Assembly (NCBI GenBank): GCA_012295275.1
Contig: CM022669.1
Location: 186,001-250,000 of the forward strand
From: Chrysomallon squamiferum
Taxonomy: Eukaryota; Animalia; Mollusca
Direction of reading: 5' to 3'
Length of the DNA stretch: 64,000 nucleotides
A program made the translations under genes and the position numbers. The notes under the pieces are model-generated. The model searched no databases. It saw only the letters and a program-made list of their open reading frames with translations, and was not told the DNA's origin. Below are positions 41,264 through 53,043 of this stretch, in pieces; positions within the stretch are counted from its first letter, which is position 1; every line of letters starts with the position of its first letter.

Positions 41264-43513
41264 ATGAGCTTGCCAGGAAAATTCTTCCCTGTATCGTTTT
41301 GCCCATACAGAGAAAAACGAGAGATATTTCTAGACTTTGGAAAACATCTTCACGTTGATCTTACAGAAAACAAAGAATTTCAATCCCAGACTATTCATCC
41401 AGGCGCAAAAGTAAATCTCGAGTTATCGGCCACTACACCCACCTTACCTTTGTCACCCGAAGCACAATTTTGTGAGTATTTTGTTTCGCTGCAGTGTTAA
41501 ATAGATTACCATAGCAGACACATTAAACATTGTCATATTTTTGTAACTATACTGTTCTTTGTTGGTCTCACATTGGCTAAAAATAACCAGCAAAATAATT
41601 AGCCAACTACAGTTTAATGAGTTTCCATTAACCAAAATGGGAACGGTTTAGCCATCTTATTCTTAAATAATTCCATGTGTGTAGACTTTCATTTCTTTAC
41701 ATGCGTGTTGTAGCTATACAGTACTGGATTAAGGTACAAGTTAAACTACTTATTAACTCACAATTCATAGCAGCTTCTAAAAAGGTGAGTTATGTCGAAC
41801 TTACGAAATTGAATAAAAATGTTTAGGGAATAAATAAAACATTTTAACAGTGGTCCTTCCAGCTTTGTATAATCTTAGGGTTTCATCAAGTCTTAATCAG
41901 GCACATAGGTATATATAAATACATCACAGCATACACAATCACGATTTAAGTAAATAGTATAATAATATAGTATGAAAAGTATGCATAATACATTTTTTAC
42001 ATTTTTTACATTGATCACTCTATGAATAGCTGCAAAAATGTATTTTTTTATAGTTGTAATTAGATTGACAATAAAGACATTTCTTTTAAATTTGTATACA
42101 AATTAAATAAATTGAGATGGACATGATAAAAGACTATATTAATACATAAACAGTAAAGATTACAATTAACAAACCAACATAAGTAGAGGTTTGAGACTCG
42201 ATAAAACAAACATGAGAATAAAACTGTTGTTCAAATTTTTTATCTTTTAAATATGATTTGTCAGTTTAGTAGTAACATTGTTCCATATTTGTATCTTTCC
42301 TATATTGCATCAAATATGATCAAATAACTTTCATCAGTTGTACTAATCAAGTTTATTTTCAACAAGGGCTAATTTCATGCAACAAAATAACAAATGCTTA
42401 AATAATCAGGCTAATTAAAAGTTAATACATTACTAAGTAATGTCATTAACAGTAGTAAAAATAAAATTGTCTTTGAATTAAAAGCTTTAGCAACTCCAAA
42501 TTTTTATTAGTAAATATGGTGGCCATGAAAAAATAAAGAAACAAAATTTTAATTTAAAAAACCTTTGATCATTTGCTTAATGAAATTTTTAGCCAAACAA
42601 AATGTTCATAGCCATTTACCCACCAGTGCAAGTCCTGATGCTTGTTTGACCCACACTATCAATGTATTATTGGTGTTCATGTTTGTAATTTCTTATTTCT
42701 TTGGTTATATTTGTATTTCTGAATGTTAATAACATTTTTCTTAAGACTTTTATTATTTATTAAATAAGTGATAAACCTTAAAAATTTGGAAAAAACCCCA
42801 AAATGTATAATCAGAGTTTTATTTCTTTTCTTTTCTTCTTTTTTAAATGAAATATTAATATTAATGACTAAAATTAATGGCTAGGTAGATATTAACATTT
42901 GTTTGTGTTTGTTTGTTGTTTTTTAATATCAGTAATTATGAAAAAGGAATTGCAGTCTGACTCTTTGTAATCAGTCTTTTATACTCATCTAAAGAAGAAA
43001 AGTACATATCTGAGAAACAATGTGAACAAACTATTACAACTATTAAAATAAATGATTAAGTAATAATATTTTCAGATGGCTTTCCTTTTGATGATCAAGT
43101 GTCTGCAAAACTTACTGAGAGAAGACAAAAAGCAGTTAAATTTTCCCTGCAATTGCCAAAGATGAAATACAGACTTCCTGCTGAGGTGCTGTTATTTTTA
43201 TTTCTTAAAACATTTTTTTAATTTTTATTAATTTTTAGAATATATGCTGTTATTGTTGTTATTGTTATTAATATTATTATTAGGGTTCACAGAGACTTTT
43301 ATGCTGTTCATTAATTGTTCTAGTGTTATAGAGACAGCTGCCTATCAATAATTGGTCACATGGAAGGAGATTGTGTGACTATGTCATATTGTCTTGTTAC
43401 ACCTATGCAAAACTTTGCCATAGTGTTTTTAGAAGAAGAACTGACTTCTCCCTGTTTTTCTAGCCTAGCTTGAACCCTGATTATTATTATTGTTGTTATT
43501 GATATTATTAATA

Positions 43514-43545
<32 letters not shown>

Positions 43546-46500
43546 TTAAAATGACTGTTAAAATAAAAATGAACACCTAAAAACAAAAGGTATCAGATGA
43601 TTTATCAGCATCATAGATTTCTAACTACATCAAATTAAAATGCAGATTTCAAATTTAATATTTATATTCCACAATACTATGTATTTAATTTATGTTGCAG
43701 TCAACACCAGATGATCTGAAAAAAACCTTCTATGCAACTTCTGTTTTTGAGAAATACAAGTTCTATAAAATTAATCCTTTTGTCCCTGTAAGTATGAGTT
43801 TATAGATAGAATTTATTGCATATTCTTAGTTCTAGTTCTTCTAGCCTATTGCATATTCTTGCATATTCATAGTTCTTTTTGGTATAGAGTATTATAATTA
43901 ACTAAAAGGAGCTGTTAAGTATGTTTATGTAGATACTGATGAGGGTGTTCTTTATCTGAAAGTTAAATTACTTATACCGTAGATACGCTACTGTTGCTAA
44001 TGTGTATACAAGTATAATTATTCCACAGCAATGAATATCAATATTTTCTTCGTGTTTTAAAATGATAAATTTTGTACAGTTTTTTAATATTCTTATTTTT
44101 AGAAAGTTAATGCTGCTTACACAGGGGGATGTTTGGCTTCTTTGGGTTCCTCACAGGATAATGTCACTCGGCTAGTTCTTGTGTCTGGAAAAGATTTCAG
44201 TACTCTAAGTATCCTTATCATAGCTTGGTGATTTAATTAAAATCTTTTTAGCTAGCATGTTTCAAAGGTGCAAGCATTGTTTTCAAACTTGTGGTTCAGT
44301 AATATCAACATATGATTTAGAATACATTTAACGACATCCAAACAGTTGCTAATTCTTGTATATGTGCCTTCCCACAGGCAGCGGAATACATAAGCATAGC
44401 CTGTGATAAGGCGGTCACTGACTGGGACTGAAATTAACTATAAAGATACACTTTGGAAGACTGGTCAAACTAGTTGTCTAGCCAGCGAGCTGCAGTCTCT
44501 TTCTTCATCACATTAAAGATAATGTTGAAATTAGAATAACAGTATTAGTGGTAGTAGAATTAATAATAATAATATAAATAATCCTTGACCATATTAGAAT
44601 GTATTTCAGTAAGTTCTGATGTTACAACACATTTGTTAGAACAAACAGTTATCACAGAACTTGATGTTCAGTCTCCTGTCTTTGAAGTTGCTACAACTAA
44701 AATAGGATCAGATGGTAAGTGTCAGCCTTCATTTAATAATGTGAAAACCTCCAGCCAGAGCCAGAATAATTTTATACATACCATTCTACAAAAATCAAGA
44801 TGCATACTTTAAATTATATAATTCTTGTATATCAGTTCAAAAAGATAAAAGCTGACAGCTGAAACTTCTCCTGGTCCTTATCCTGCTGTTTATAATTAGT
44901 TGTTGATATTTCAGTGATTAATATATCCTTTGTGGAAATCAGCTGCGTTTTGTACATTGATTTAGATTTGTATTTTATAACTTATTAAAAGTTGATATTT
45001 CAGTGTTCTGTGCTATTAGAAATGAGTTTGGAATTCAACTGTTTCAAGCTGGAAGATAGTCCTAATGGTGAAGATGACAGTCAGAGGTTTCTTACCCTTG
45101 ACAACAGAACATTCATGGAAGAAAGATTAACATCAATATCTCTTAGGTATGGAATTTTTAAATTCTGTTTTGATGTACATTTTGTTCTGAATAAATCAGT
45201 TATATTTTTGTATTTTTGTATTTTTGTTTGTTTCCATAACATATATGACTATAGCAGTGTTCAAAATACATGGTACAGGTATCAGACCAATTATCTGGAC
45301 TCCTTGGGGCCTGAGACATTCTGGATTTCTGGATTTTCTGGTTTTCTGGTACCAAGGCATAAATACATAAATAATTAGGCATAAATATTTTAAAATTAAA
45401 CACACAAAGAAAATTGATGATACACAACTATGGCAACTTGACTCATAAATAATGTGGCAAGTGAATGAACAGCACATGGCTTGAAAGATTAGATCCAGTC
45501 TGGTGGGGACAGCACCCACATGTGCAAACTATGAAAATAGCGTTGGGTAAAAAACAGTTTTCTGGTCTTTCTGGATTCCAGGACACTGGATAATTGTATT
45601 TAAAATAAAACAGGTTATGATTGTGTTTTTATGTGTATGTGTCTCTGTCTATATCTATTTTAATTTTGTTTAGGACAGACATATCTTTAGAATGAGCAAC
45701 AGAAATGTAGCAGTGTGGGAGCTGGTTATAACAAGATTTGTTATCCTTGATAGTCATGCATTAACTGAGATAGAAATAATATTAAATATTCTTTCTGTTG
45801 AATTTTCAGCCCATTTATTCGAGGTGAACAACTTATAGCCACTGAGAATGGGTCTCTGTATCTTGTGAAACCAGGAGAAGAGTGAGTTTATTTTTTACTA
45901 TGGTCATACTGTTACATTATTACTTGATGTTTATAATGTTTCATGCTATAAACATTAAACATTGTTTGTGCTTGTGAAATGTTGGAATTTGATTACTTTG
46001 TACTGAATTTTATTTTCTAAATTCTTTATTTAAAATATCAGTGATATTGTATATAATGCAAATATAACAATATGTAAATGAGTAATAGATTAAATAGTAG
46101 AATCTAATCAAAAATCTAAATTTGTAGAAGACAGTTTGATTTCTAATTTGTCAATGTTTAGCATAATGTGAAGGTATATGCAGGTTACAGATAATGAAAG
46201 ATAACTGGCAGCCTCGTTTTAAGTGTCATGAAACTTGGAGACAGTGCTACTTTGCAGCACACCCCAGGCAGTTCGTCACAGCAGACAGATCTGTTGTGAA
46301 ACTCTATGATTCTAGAGTAAGAATCTGTTACATCATTAATTATTCTGGTTCAGAAATCTTACAGCATGTAATCCATGTTTCAGGCCAAAAGAATTTTAGA
46401 AAAACTTGTTCTTTTTTCTTTTCTGAAGTAATATGATTGTACAGGTTTGCTGTAACAATATAAAAAAATAATTTTAATAGGTTTATTATTTAGTTTTTAA

Positions 46501-49500
46501 GATAAATATTTCTGAGCTCATTTTATTATTATGTTATTAATTTTCTTCTTTTTGCTTTCATCCCATGTTTTTTTAATTTAATAATTTATTTGTTGATTTT
46601 TGGTAACATTTGTGTTTTGTTTATAATTTTATGGGGTTTGTTTATTTATTTTCTCCACAGACTCATTTCAGTGAATATGTTGATTTATTTGCTCTACCAA
46701 ACAAGTTAGTCCATACTTCCGAGAGAATAATGGTTGCTAAGCAACAGGCATCATGTGCCTATCATCACTTGGTTGTGACAGATGCATTTATGTTTGTCAT
46801 TGACCAGAGATTTCCTGGCCATCCTGTGAGCACTTGTTTACAAGTTGTACAAAAGGGTTTTTATGAAAATGTACATTATTTAAAGAGACAAATGTCAGAA
46901 AAACATCTTAAAGACACTGATTTAGAAACAAACAAAGCTATTTAATTTATTGTTATGTTTCTTTTTCATTGTTCATTTGGTTCTTCGCTAGTACTGTTGG
47001 TTTTTTATCATAATGTCTAAACTAAATGTAGTTTTAAAAGTGAATTAATCTGAAAATGTGATAAATACTTACAATATATTTTGGATTCTTTTAAAATTGT
47101 TTAGATATTCATTAATTTTAAGTAAATGGTTTAAGAAAATAAAGTGCAATAATAATTAATTTTAAAATTAAGGAATAAAATTTTTCAGTTGAGTAACTGG
47201 TCATTTTCCCAGAATTCACCTCCACAGTACATATCATCCTGTGACATTTCACTGACCAATGATGTCCACACCAGTGTCATTGCTGTAGGCATCCAGCACC
47301 CTCCTGAAACATATTGCTATCAGGTTCAGTTTGGTGGAGTGACTCCTCTCCAGACTGTCACTCAACCGTGGAGACTTTCCAGAATTGGGTAAATAACTGT
47401 TTAAAATTTAAAACTGTTTTTTTTTTTTCTGAATCAAAATTAGAGTGATTGAAAACAGTATTCCTGGATAATGGTTACTTTTAAAGCCAATTTGTTTTCT
47501 GTTTTAGAGATTTCAGTAAATTTGAAAAAGTTGTGAAAGGTGCAGACATGATGCTAGTGAAACAAAGATTTAATACATCACTGGTTGGTCTGTCTATCTG
47601 TCCAGGACAAACTGAGCATTCTCTTCATACCTTTCAGGTACATATTATAACTTAACAGCTTCTTCTTTTTCTCATTTTTTATTCTGTCACAAGCATTTCT
47701 TCCTCATTAACTGTTCATTTTTCTTAATTTCTTTCTATCTCACTATTTTAATTTTTCTCTTTCTCATTCCGTCTGTTTATTAATTTTAATTTCTCTCTCT
47801 GTTTGCCATTTCTCTGTCTTTCTCAAAAACAAAATAAGAATGTATATTAACTTACACTTTTACATTTAACATTTTATTGTTATTAAGCTGGACAGTCTTG
47901 GTGAATTATATTTTCAAAATTACACAAAGCAGACATCTGCAGCTGATAAGACTTTGAGTGCAGGTCCAGGAGTTCAAGAGGGATTTCTTTCACTGCATGC
48001 AGCCAAACGAGGAGAATCCTGGTTACAAAGTCTCCAAGATCAGTTTGTTAAATATTATTCCTCAAATCCTGATAGCTATGATGTGCATAAATTTGATAGC
48101 AGTGACATGATCTTAGGTTGGTAACTGTTTGATGTTTGGTTTTCTTTGATAATGATTTTATGATTACAGTTTGTTTTCATTGCTTTACAACACTAGTTTG
48201 TTATAATTTTTATAAAGACAAGCAGGTGATTTAAATAAGATGTGGTAGTTGATGTGGTAGTTTCGAGTTTCTTAGATTTCAATTGTTATATTAATTAGTC
48301 AAATCAGATAGGTTCCATCATTGTAGGTATAGATTTTCTGCAGCATTTTTTAAAATTATTACATCTGCTTAACCATAAAATTTCATACAAAAATTAATTT
48401 ATAAAATAAAAAATATTTTGATACCATTTTTTACTGTGTAAAGGTTACACTTACGATCTATTAAGATTGTCATAATTTTAAAATTTAATGCAGACAATTA
48501 TTATAGAACTTTTGTTTTTGAAATTCTGTTTATCAGACTATACTGCTAAACGACTGAAACATGAGTTGTGTCATCTGTGTAACTCCACATTCAGTGATAG
48601 TAAGAAAACTTTGAAGAGAAAAACTGAGATGAACAACAGGTGCAAAAACTGTGGTTGTGTACAGACTCAGTCACAGTTTTTAGGTAAAGAAGACTTGGTG
48701 AACAATTTTATAAGTGATAGTAATGTTTGTGGGATGTGTGACCACCCGTTGACAGAATGCTCAAATATCAAACCTCTGAGAGAGAGCAGAGAATACATGG
48801 AAGGATTTGATGTTTGTGAGACATGCAGTCATTCACTGAAAATTGGTAATCTTCTGTATGGAATTCGGGCTAAGGTATTTTCTTAAAGAGTTGATTATAA
48901 ATTTTTACAGTAATTGTACTTAAAAAATAAAACAAATGGACCTCTGGTATCATTAAATAGATACTGTAATTTCAGCTGTTTTCAAAATTTTGTTTTATTT
49001 TATTTTAGTATCATTATTTTGTTTCATTATTTTCTCCAAGCAATAAGTTTTTTTTGCAAACTTTTATTTTCAGTATAATGGTTTTTTTCAAATTTTTAAG
49101 CAAAAGATTATCATAATTTGATAATAATTTTGTATAAATTGTTTTATTTTTATTTCATTAATATTATTATTCTTAATTAAATATGCTATCTATATCTGTG
49201 CTTAGCTGGTGTGATAAAAAGTGTATCAAATCAGCTTGTTTAGTTTTCACTGTTATAAATATGAGTATGTTATATATATATATATATATCTATATTTCAT
49301 TTCTTTTTTCGTTTTCTTTTCTCCATTATTTCAGAACACTGTGATAGGAGATAGTAGTCATGGTTTTGAACTGTTTAACCAGCAAGTCTCTGGTATTGAT
49401 GGTTTTCCACACTTCAGCCCCAACACCCAACTTTTATGCAAACTGTGGAATGGAGAATCTGACTTCATGGATCTTGTCTTAGCACGGGTAAGTCCTGGTT

Positions 49501-51592
49501 TGTTAATTCAGTTTCCATGAGCAGTGACTCTATCGAAACACTTAACAAAAATTATGTTATCATTCCATTTGGTAATAAAAAAAACTGCTCATAGTTCAAA
49601 TTGAAATAAGCCATACTAAAATTGGTTTGGAGTTCAGATTATGTGAAAGTAGTTTGGAAATGAAGAAAAAATGATGAAAAAGATTTGTTTATTATAGGCA
49701 TTGCAAACTGATTACTGTGCTTTTATTTTTTTTTTTTTTTTTATATATATTTGTTTTTATTTATTTTTTAATTTTTTATTTTTTTATTTTATTTATTTTT
49801 ATTTTTTTATATATATTTATTTTATTTTATTTATTATTTTATTGTTTCTTTGACTGAAATAAATAAAAAATAAAATGTTGAAAATTGTTGATGAAACATC
49901 CTTAGATGATTTCAATTTCCATCTTTTTTCAAATATTTTATTAATAAGATTGAAATTAATAACCAATACCTATAATTAATGAAAAAAAAAAAACCTTTAT
50001 TATGAATTTTGTTTTCCAAGTCAATTTTAATTATTTATTAATATTTTATAGTGTATAAGATCTGTAATTTTCAATATGCTAACAAGGAAATAAATGAATA
50101 CAGTATTCCCTCGCTATTCGCGGGGGGTTACGTTCTTTACCCTCCCGCGAATAGCGAAAAACCGCGAATATTGGATGCAGTTTTAAAACGTCTATTATGA
50201 GATTATATACGGTACTAAATGCTTCCCAAACACTTTCTAAAGACACTCTTACTCATTAATACAGTAATAATGTAGTAATATTGCATGCAGTTATGTATTT
50301 CACTAATGTAGTAATGATAATGTAAACACATTTTAATTTTGTACTGAAACAATATTTTAATCAGAAAGAAACGTAAGTACATGAGGACAGTAACACCGCA
50401 TAGCATAGTTACCCATAGAGTATTACTGCACCGTAAAGTCATTTTCTATGCGTACAACATTATGTATTAGAATTGACAGAAAGTGGAACAAATTTATAGG
50501 CATAACAGACAGATAAATACAGTACGCACAGTTCAGGTAATAATATGCAATTAAAAACATTATTAATACACGGTAACAAAAAATATGCATCTATAAAAAA
50601 AATACGTACTGTATTGCAATAATAATTGAAAAAATTTGATATTGTTTGTGCGGTTTACCGAGCATTTGTTTTTATGACGTTATGACGCTCGCCTGGTATA
50701 CCAGCATACAATGCGATAGGGTTAAGAGCCTAACCCGCGAATGGGGAACCGCGAATAGGTGAGGGTATACTGTATACAGTTACGTTCTTTTTTATGAATT
50801 ATTTTTTAATTTTTGAAATTAATGAAGTAAATCTTTACCATTTTATAACAGGAAGAGGAAAGAAAAATTAAGAAAAAAGAAGAAAAGAGAATATTAAAAC
50901 TGGAGAAGAGAGAAAATAAAGAGCAGGATAAGAGGGGTGACTCTAATAGTGACTCTGAGGAAGAGATGATAACTAGCAGTGAAGAAGATTCAGGAAGTGA
51001 TAATTCTGGTGTGGTGGACATTGATGTAAGCCAAGACATGACTGATGAAAACATTTCTGAGGAGACCAGTGTTGAAGACAAAGAAGCAGATAAAAAAGAG
51101 TGTATTACAAACACAGAATCAGTAAAATCAGAAGAACAGACATCATCTGATTCAGGTAAGTTAGATACAAAGTCTTGTAATGGTGTCTTGCCAACATTCC
51201 AGACTCTAACAAGACTGAAAACACCTAAAACAAAGGAAAAAGTAGAAAGTACCAAAAAAACTGACAATACAACAATTGTGAAGCCATCTTTGGAGAGTAG
51301 TCTGAGTCAGAAAGCTGGGATTAAACAGCCAGACATTAGAACAAAAGTTCATAAAAGAAGTAGAAACCTGTCAACATCCTCCAGTGAAGCTGGATTTCTG
51401 GCAACTCCATCTAAGTTGAAAAATAAAGACACATTTGCACCAGATGACAGAGAGGAGAAGGACAGTTTGGAGATGTTTTCACAGTTTGATTCACATCAGT
51501 TCTTGTTAAATTCACTACCTACCACAGCTAGTTCTACTAAACAAAAGAATCCTTTTTCAAAGCAGAGATGGAAGCACATCAGTGGATTTTGA
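41264..51592 (+). CDS. TAF1C: TATA-box binding protein associated factor, RNA polymerase I subunit C-like (SL1/TIF-IB); one unresolved frame break at ~45042
   Basis: Exons 41264-41471, 43076-43185, 43701-43787, 44103-44208, 44598-44714, 45004-45146, 45810-45881, 46184-46316, 46661-46825, 47189-47388, 47508-47637, 47888-48116, 48537-48874, 49335-49487, 50852-51592. TAF1C-like motifs in order: YTGGCLA, TSISLSPFIRGE, WRQCYFAAHPRQFVTADRS..LYD, VIDQRFP, QRFNTSLVGL, FQLDSLGELYFQ, terminal basic..GF*. Confidence 0.85.
44209..44597 (+). other. U12-type (minor spliceosome) GT-AG intron
   Basis: Donor GTATCCTTA; branch point TCCTTGAC at 44582-44589, immediately upstream of the acceptor AG (44596-44597); no polypyrimidine tract; splicing keeps the frame (STL-K-CISV). 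Confidence 0.88.
45275..45597. mobile_element. Degenerate pogo/Tigger-like MITE in a TAF1C intron
   Basis: TA|CAGGTATCAGACCAATTATCTGGA at the left, CTGGATAATTG at the right, with repeated TTCTGGA subterminal motifs. Confidence 0.4.
50101..50772. mobile_element. Tigger/pogo-type MITE (672 bp) in the last TAF1C intron
   Basis: TA|CAGTATTCCCTCGCTATTCGCGG ... CCGCGAATAGGTGAGGGTATACTG|TA; repeated CCGCGAATA motifs; intact CpGs suggest a young insertion. Confidence 0.85.
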
Positions 51593-52384
51593 GATTTTAT
51601 TATTATTATTATTTTTTTTTTATCTCTTTAATAAAAGAAGTTTAAATTGATTTTTAAAATGTTTAATATTAGCCAATTAATTCATAAATAGTTGATTTAA
51701 CTTTTTAATTGTGAACTTGATTCTTTTTTATTTTGGAGTGTTTTACAAAGTCATCATCTGTATACAAACATGTTATAGGTTACAGTAATAACGATGTTTC
51801 CACTTTAATTTGGAATAGTTTTATAATGAGCTTTGTTTTAGAGATTGTATACATCTGATATTATAAAAGGAAAAGAACAAACTGGTAAGGTACTCATATG
51901 ACAAGTGATGGGTCCCAAACTGAATCCTCATTTATTAGAGCATTTCGAGTTCCACGGTGACATATGAAAGACTGATGTAAATTAATAATAAATTTCTTAT
52001 GATGGATAAAATGCAGATGAAAGAAAGACAACATTAACAGCAGATATTATGTACATTACTAAATAATTTTCCTGAAATCTAATAAATAGTAATAAAAAAA
52101 TTATTTTTCAATCCTCATTTTTAGTTAGCTATCTGATTCAACTGATTTTGCATGACTATACTGTAATAGTTTTATATACAAGGGAAATAAATCTTTTCAG
52201 TCTATTGTTTTTACTAGTTTATTTTATAGTTTTTATTTAGATTAATTGAAACGAATAACTAATTAATTAATTTGAAATTATATACAAGTATTAAAATATA
52301 AGATGACTTGGGTTTGACTTTATTTCTACTATATTTCTTGTACATACAAACATGAAATAATGAACTGTAATATATATATATATA

Positions 52385-53026
52385 CAGGGTGTCCCAGAAG
52401 TCACACACCATGAAGATTTTTATTTAGATACATATGAATAAAAATTTTATGAATAATAATCATAACAAATGCTCAAATTGCTTGCCCTCTGCATTGATAC
52501 ATACTTCAGTTCTCTTTATAAAACTGTTTTTTACTTTGTTGAGGGTTTCACTACTAATTTTTTGACATTCAATTGTTATTGCATCTTTCAAATCATTAAG
52601 AGTTCGTGGACGATTCTGGTAAACAACAGATTTAAGATGTCCCCAAAGAAAATAGTCAAGAGGTGACAGATCTGGTGATCGAGGTGGCCACTCCACAGGA
52701 CCTCTTCGCCCAATCCATCTGTCAGGAAAAGTCTGATTCAGGTAGTTACGTACTGAAATAGCAAAGTGGGGTGGTGCTCCATCTTGCTGAAAAAAGAAAT
52801 TTTGTTGTCGAATTACGGGAACATTTTTAAAATAGTCAGACAAAAAGGTTTGCAGAAATTCTAAATAAGTTTCTCCAGTGATATTGTCAACATTAAAAAA
52901 ATAAGGGCCAACAATTTCCTCCTCCCATATTCCAGCCCAGACCATAATCTTAGGGTTAGTCTGATGATGTCCTTCCTCATTCCAGTTATATACATGTATA
53001 TGGTGCGCGACTTCTGGGACACTCTG
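52385..53026 (-). mobile_element. Tc1/mariner DD41D (rosa/Visitor) deletion derivative, 642 bp
   Basis: TA|CAGGGTGTCCCAGAAGTCACACACCAT ... ATGGTGCGCGACTTCTGGGACACTCTG|TA. The ORF carries MVWAGI...GPYFF...QQDGAPPH...WIGRRGPVEWPPRSPDLSPLDYFLWG; I count 41 residues between the second and third catalytic Asp. The HTH region and first Asp are deleted. Confidence 0.92.
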
Positions 53027-53043
53027 TATATATATATATATAT

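Noticed and set aside
42593-42663. Possible extra TAF1C exon (SKQNVHSHLP...)
   Set aside because: It runs phase 1 to phase 0, but the next exon (43076) needs phase 1, and exon 1 already joins 43076 in frame; weak donor.
44336-44463. SNORA74/U19 or U17 identity for the intronic hairpin
   Set aside because: Only superficial word matches; the expected guide sequences, H box and U17 m1/m2 motifs are missing.
50806-51267. Antisense ORFs over real exons (also 7669-7989, 11721-11906, 27346-27609)
   Set aside because: Shadow frames of true coding sequence.
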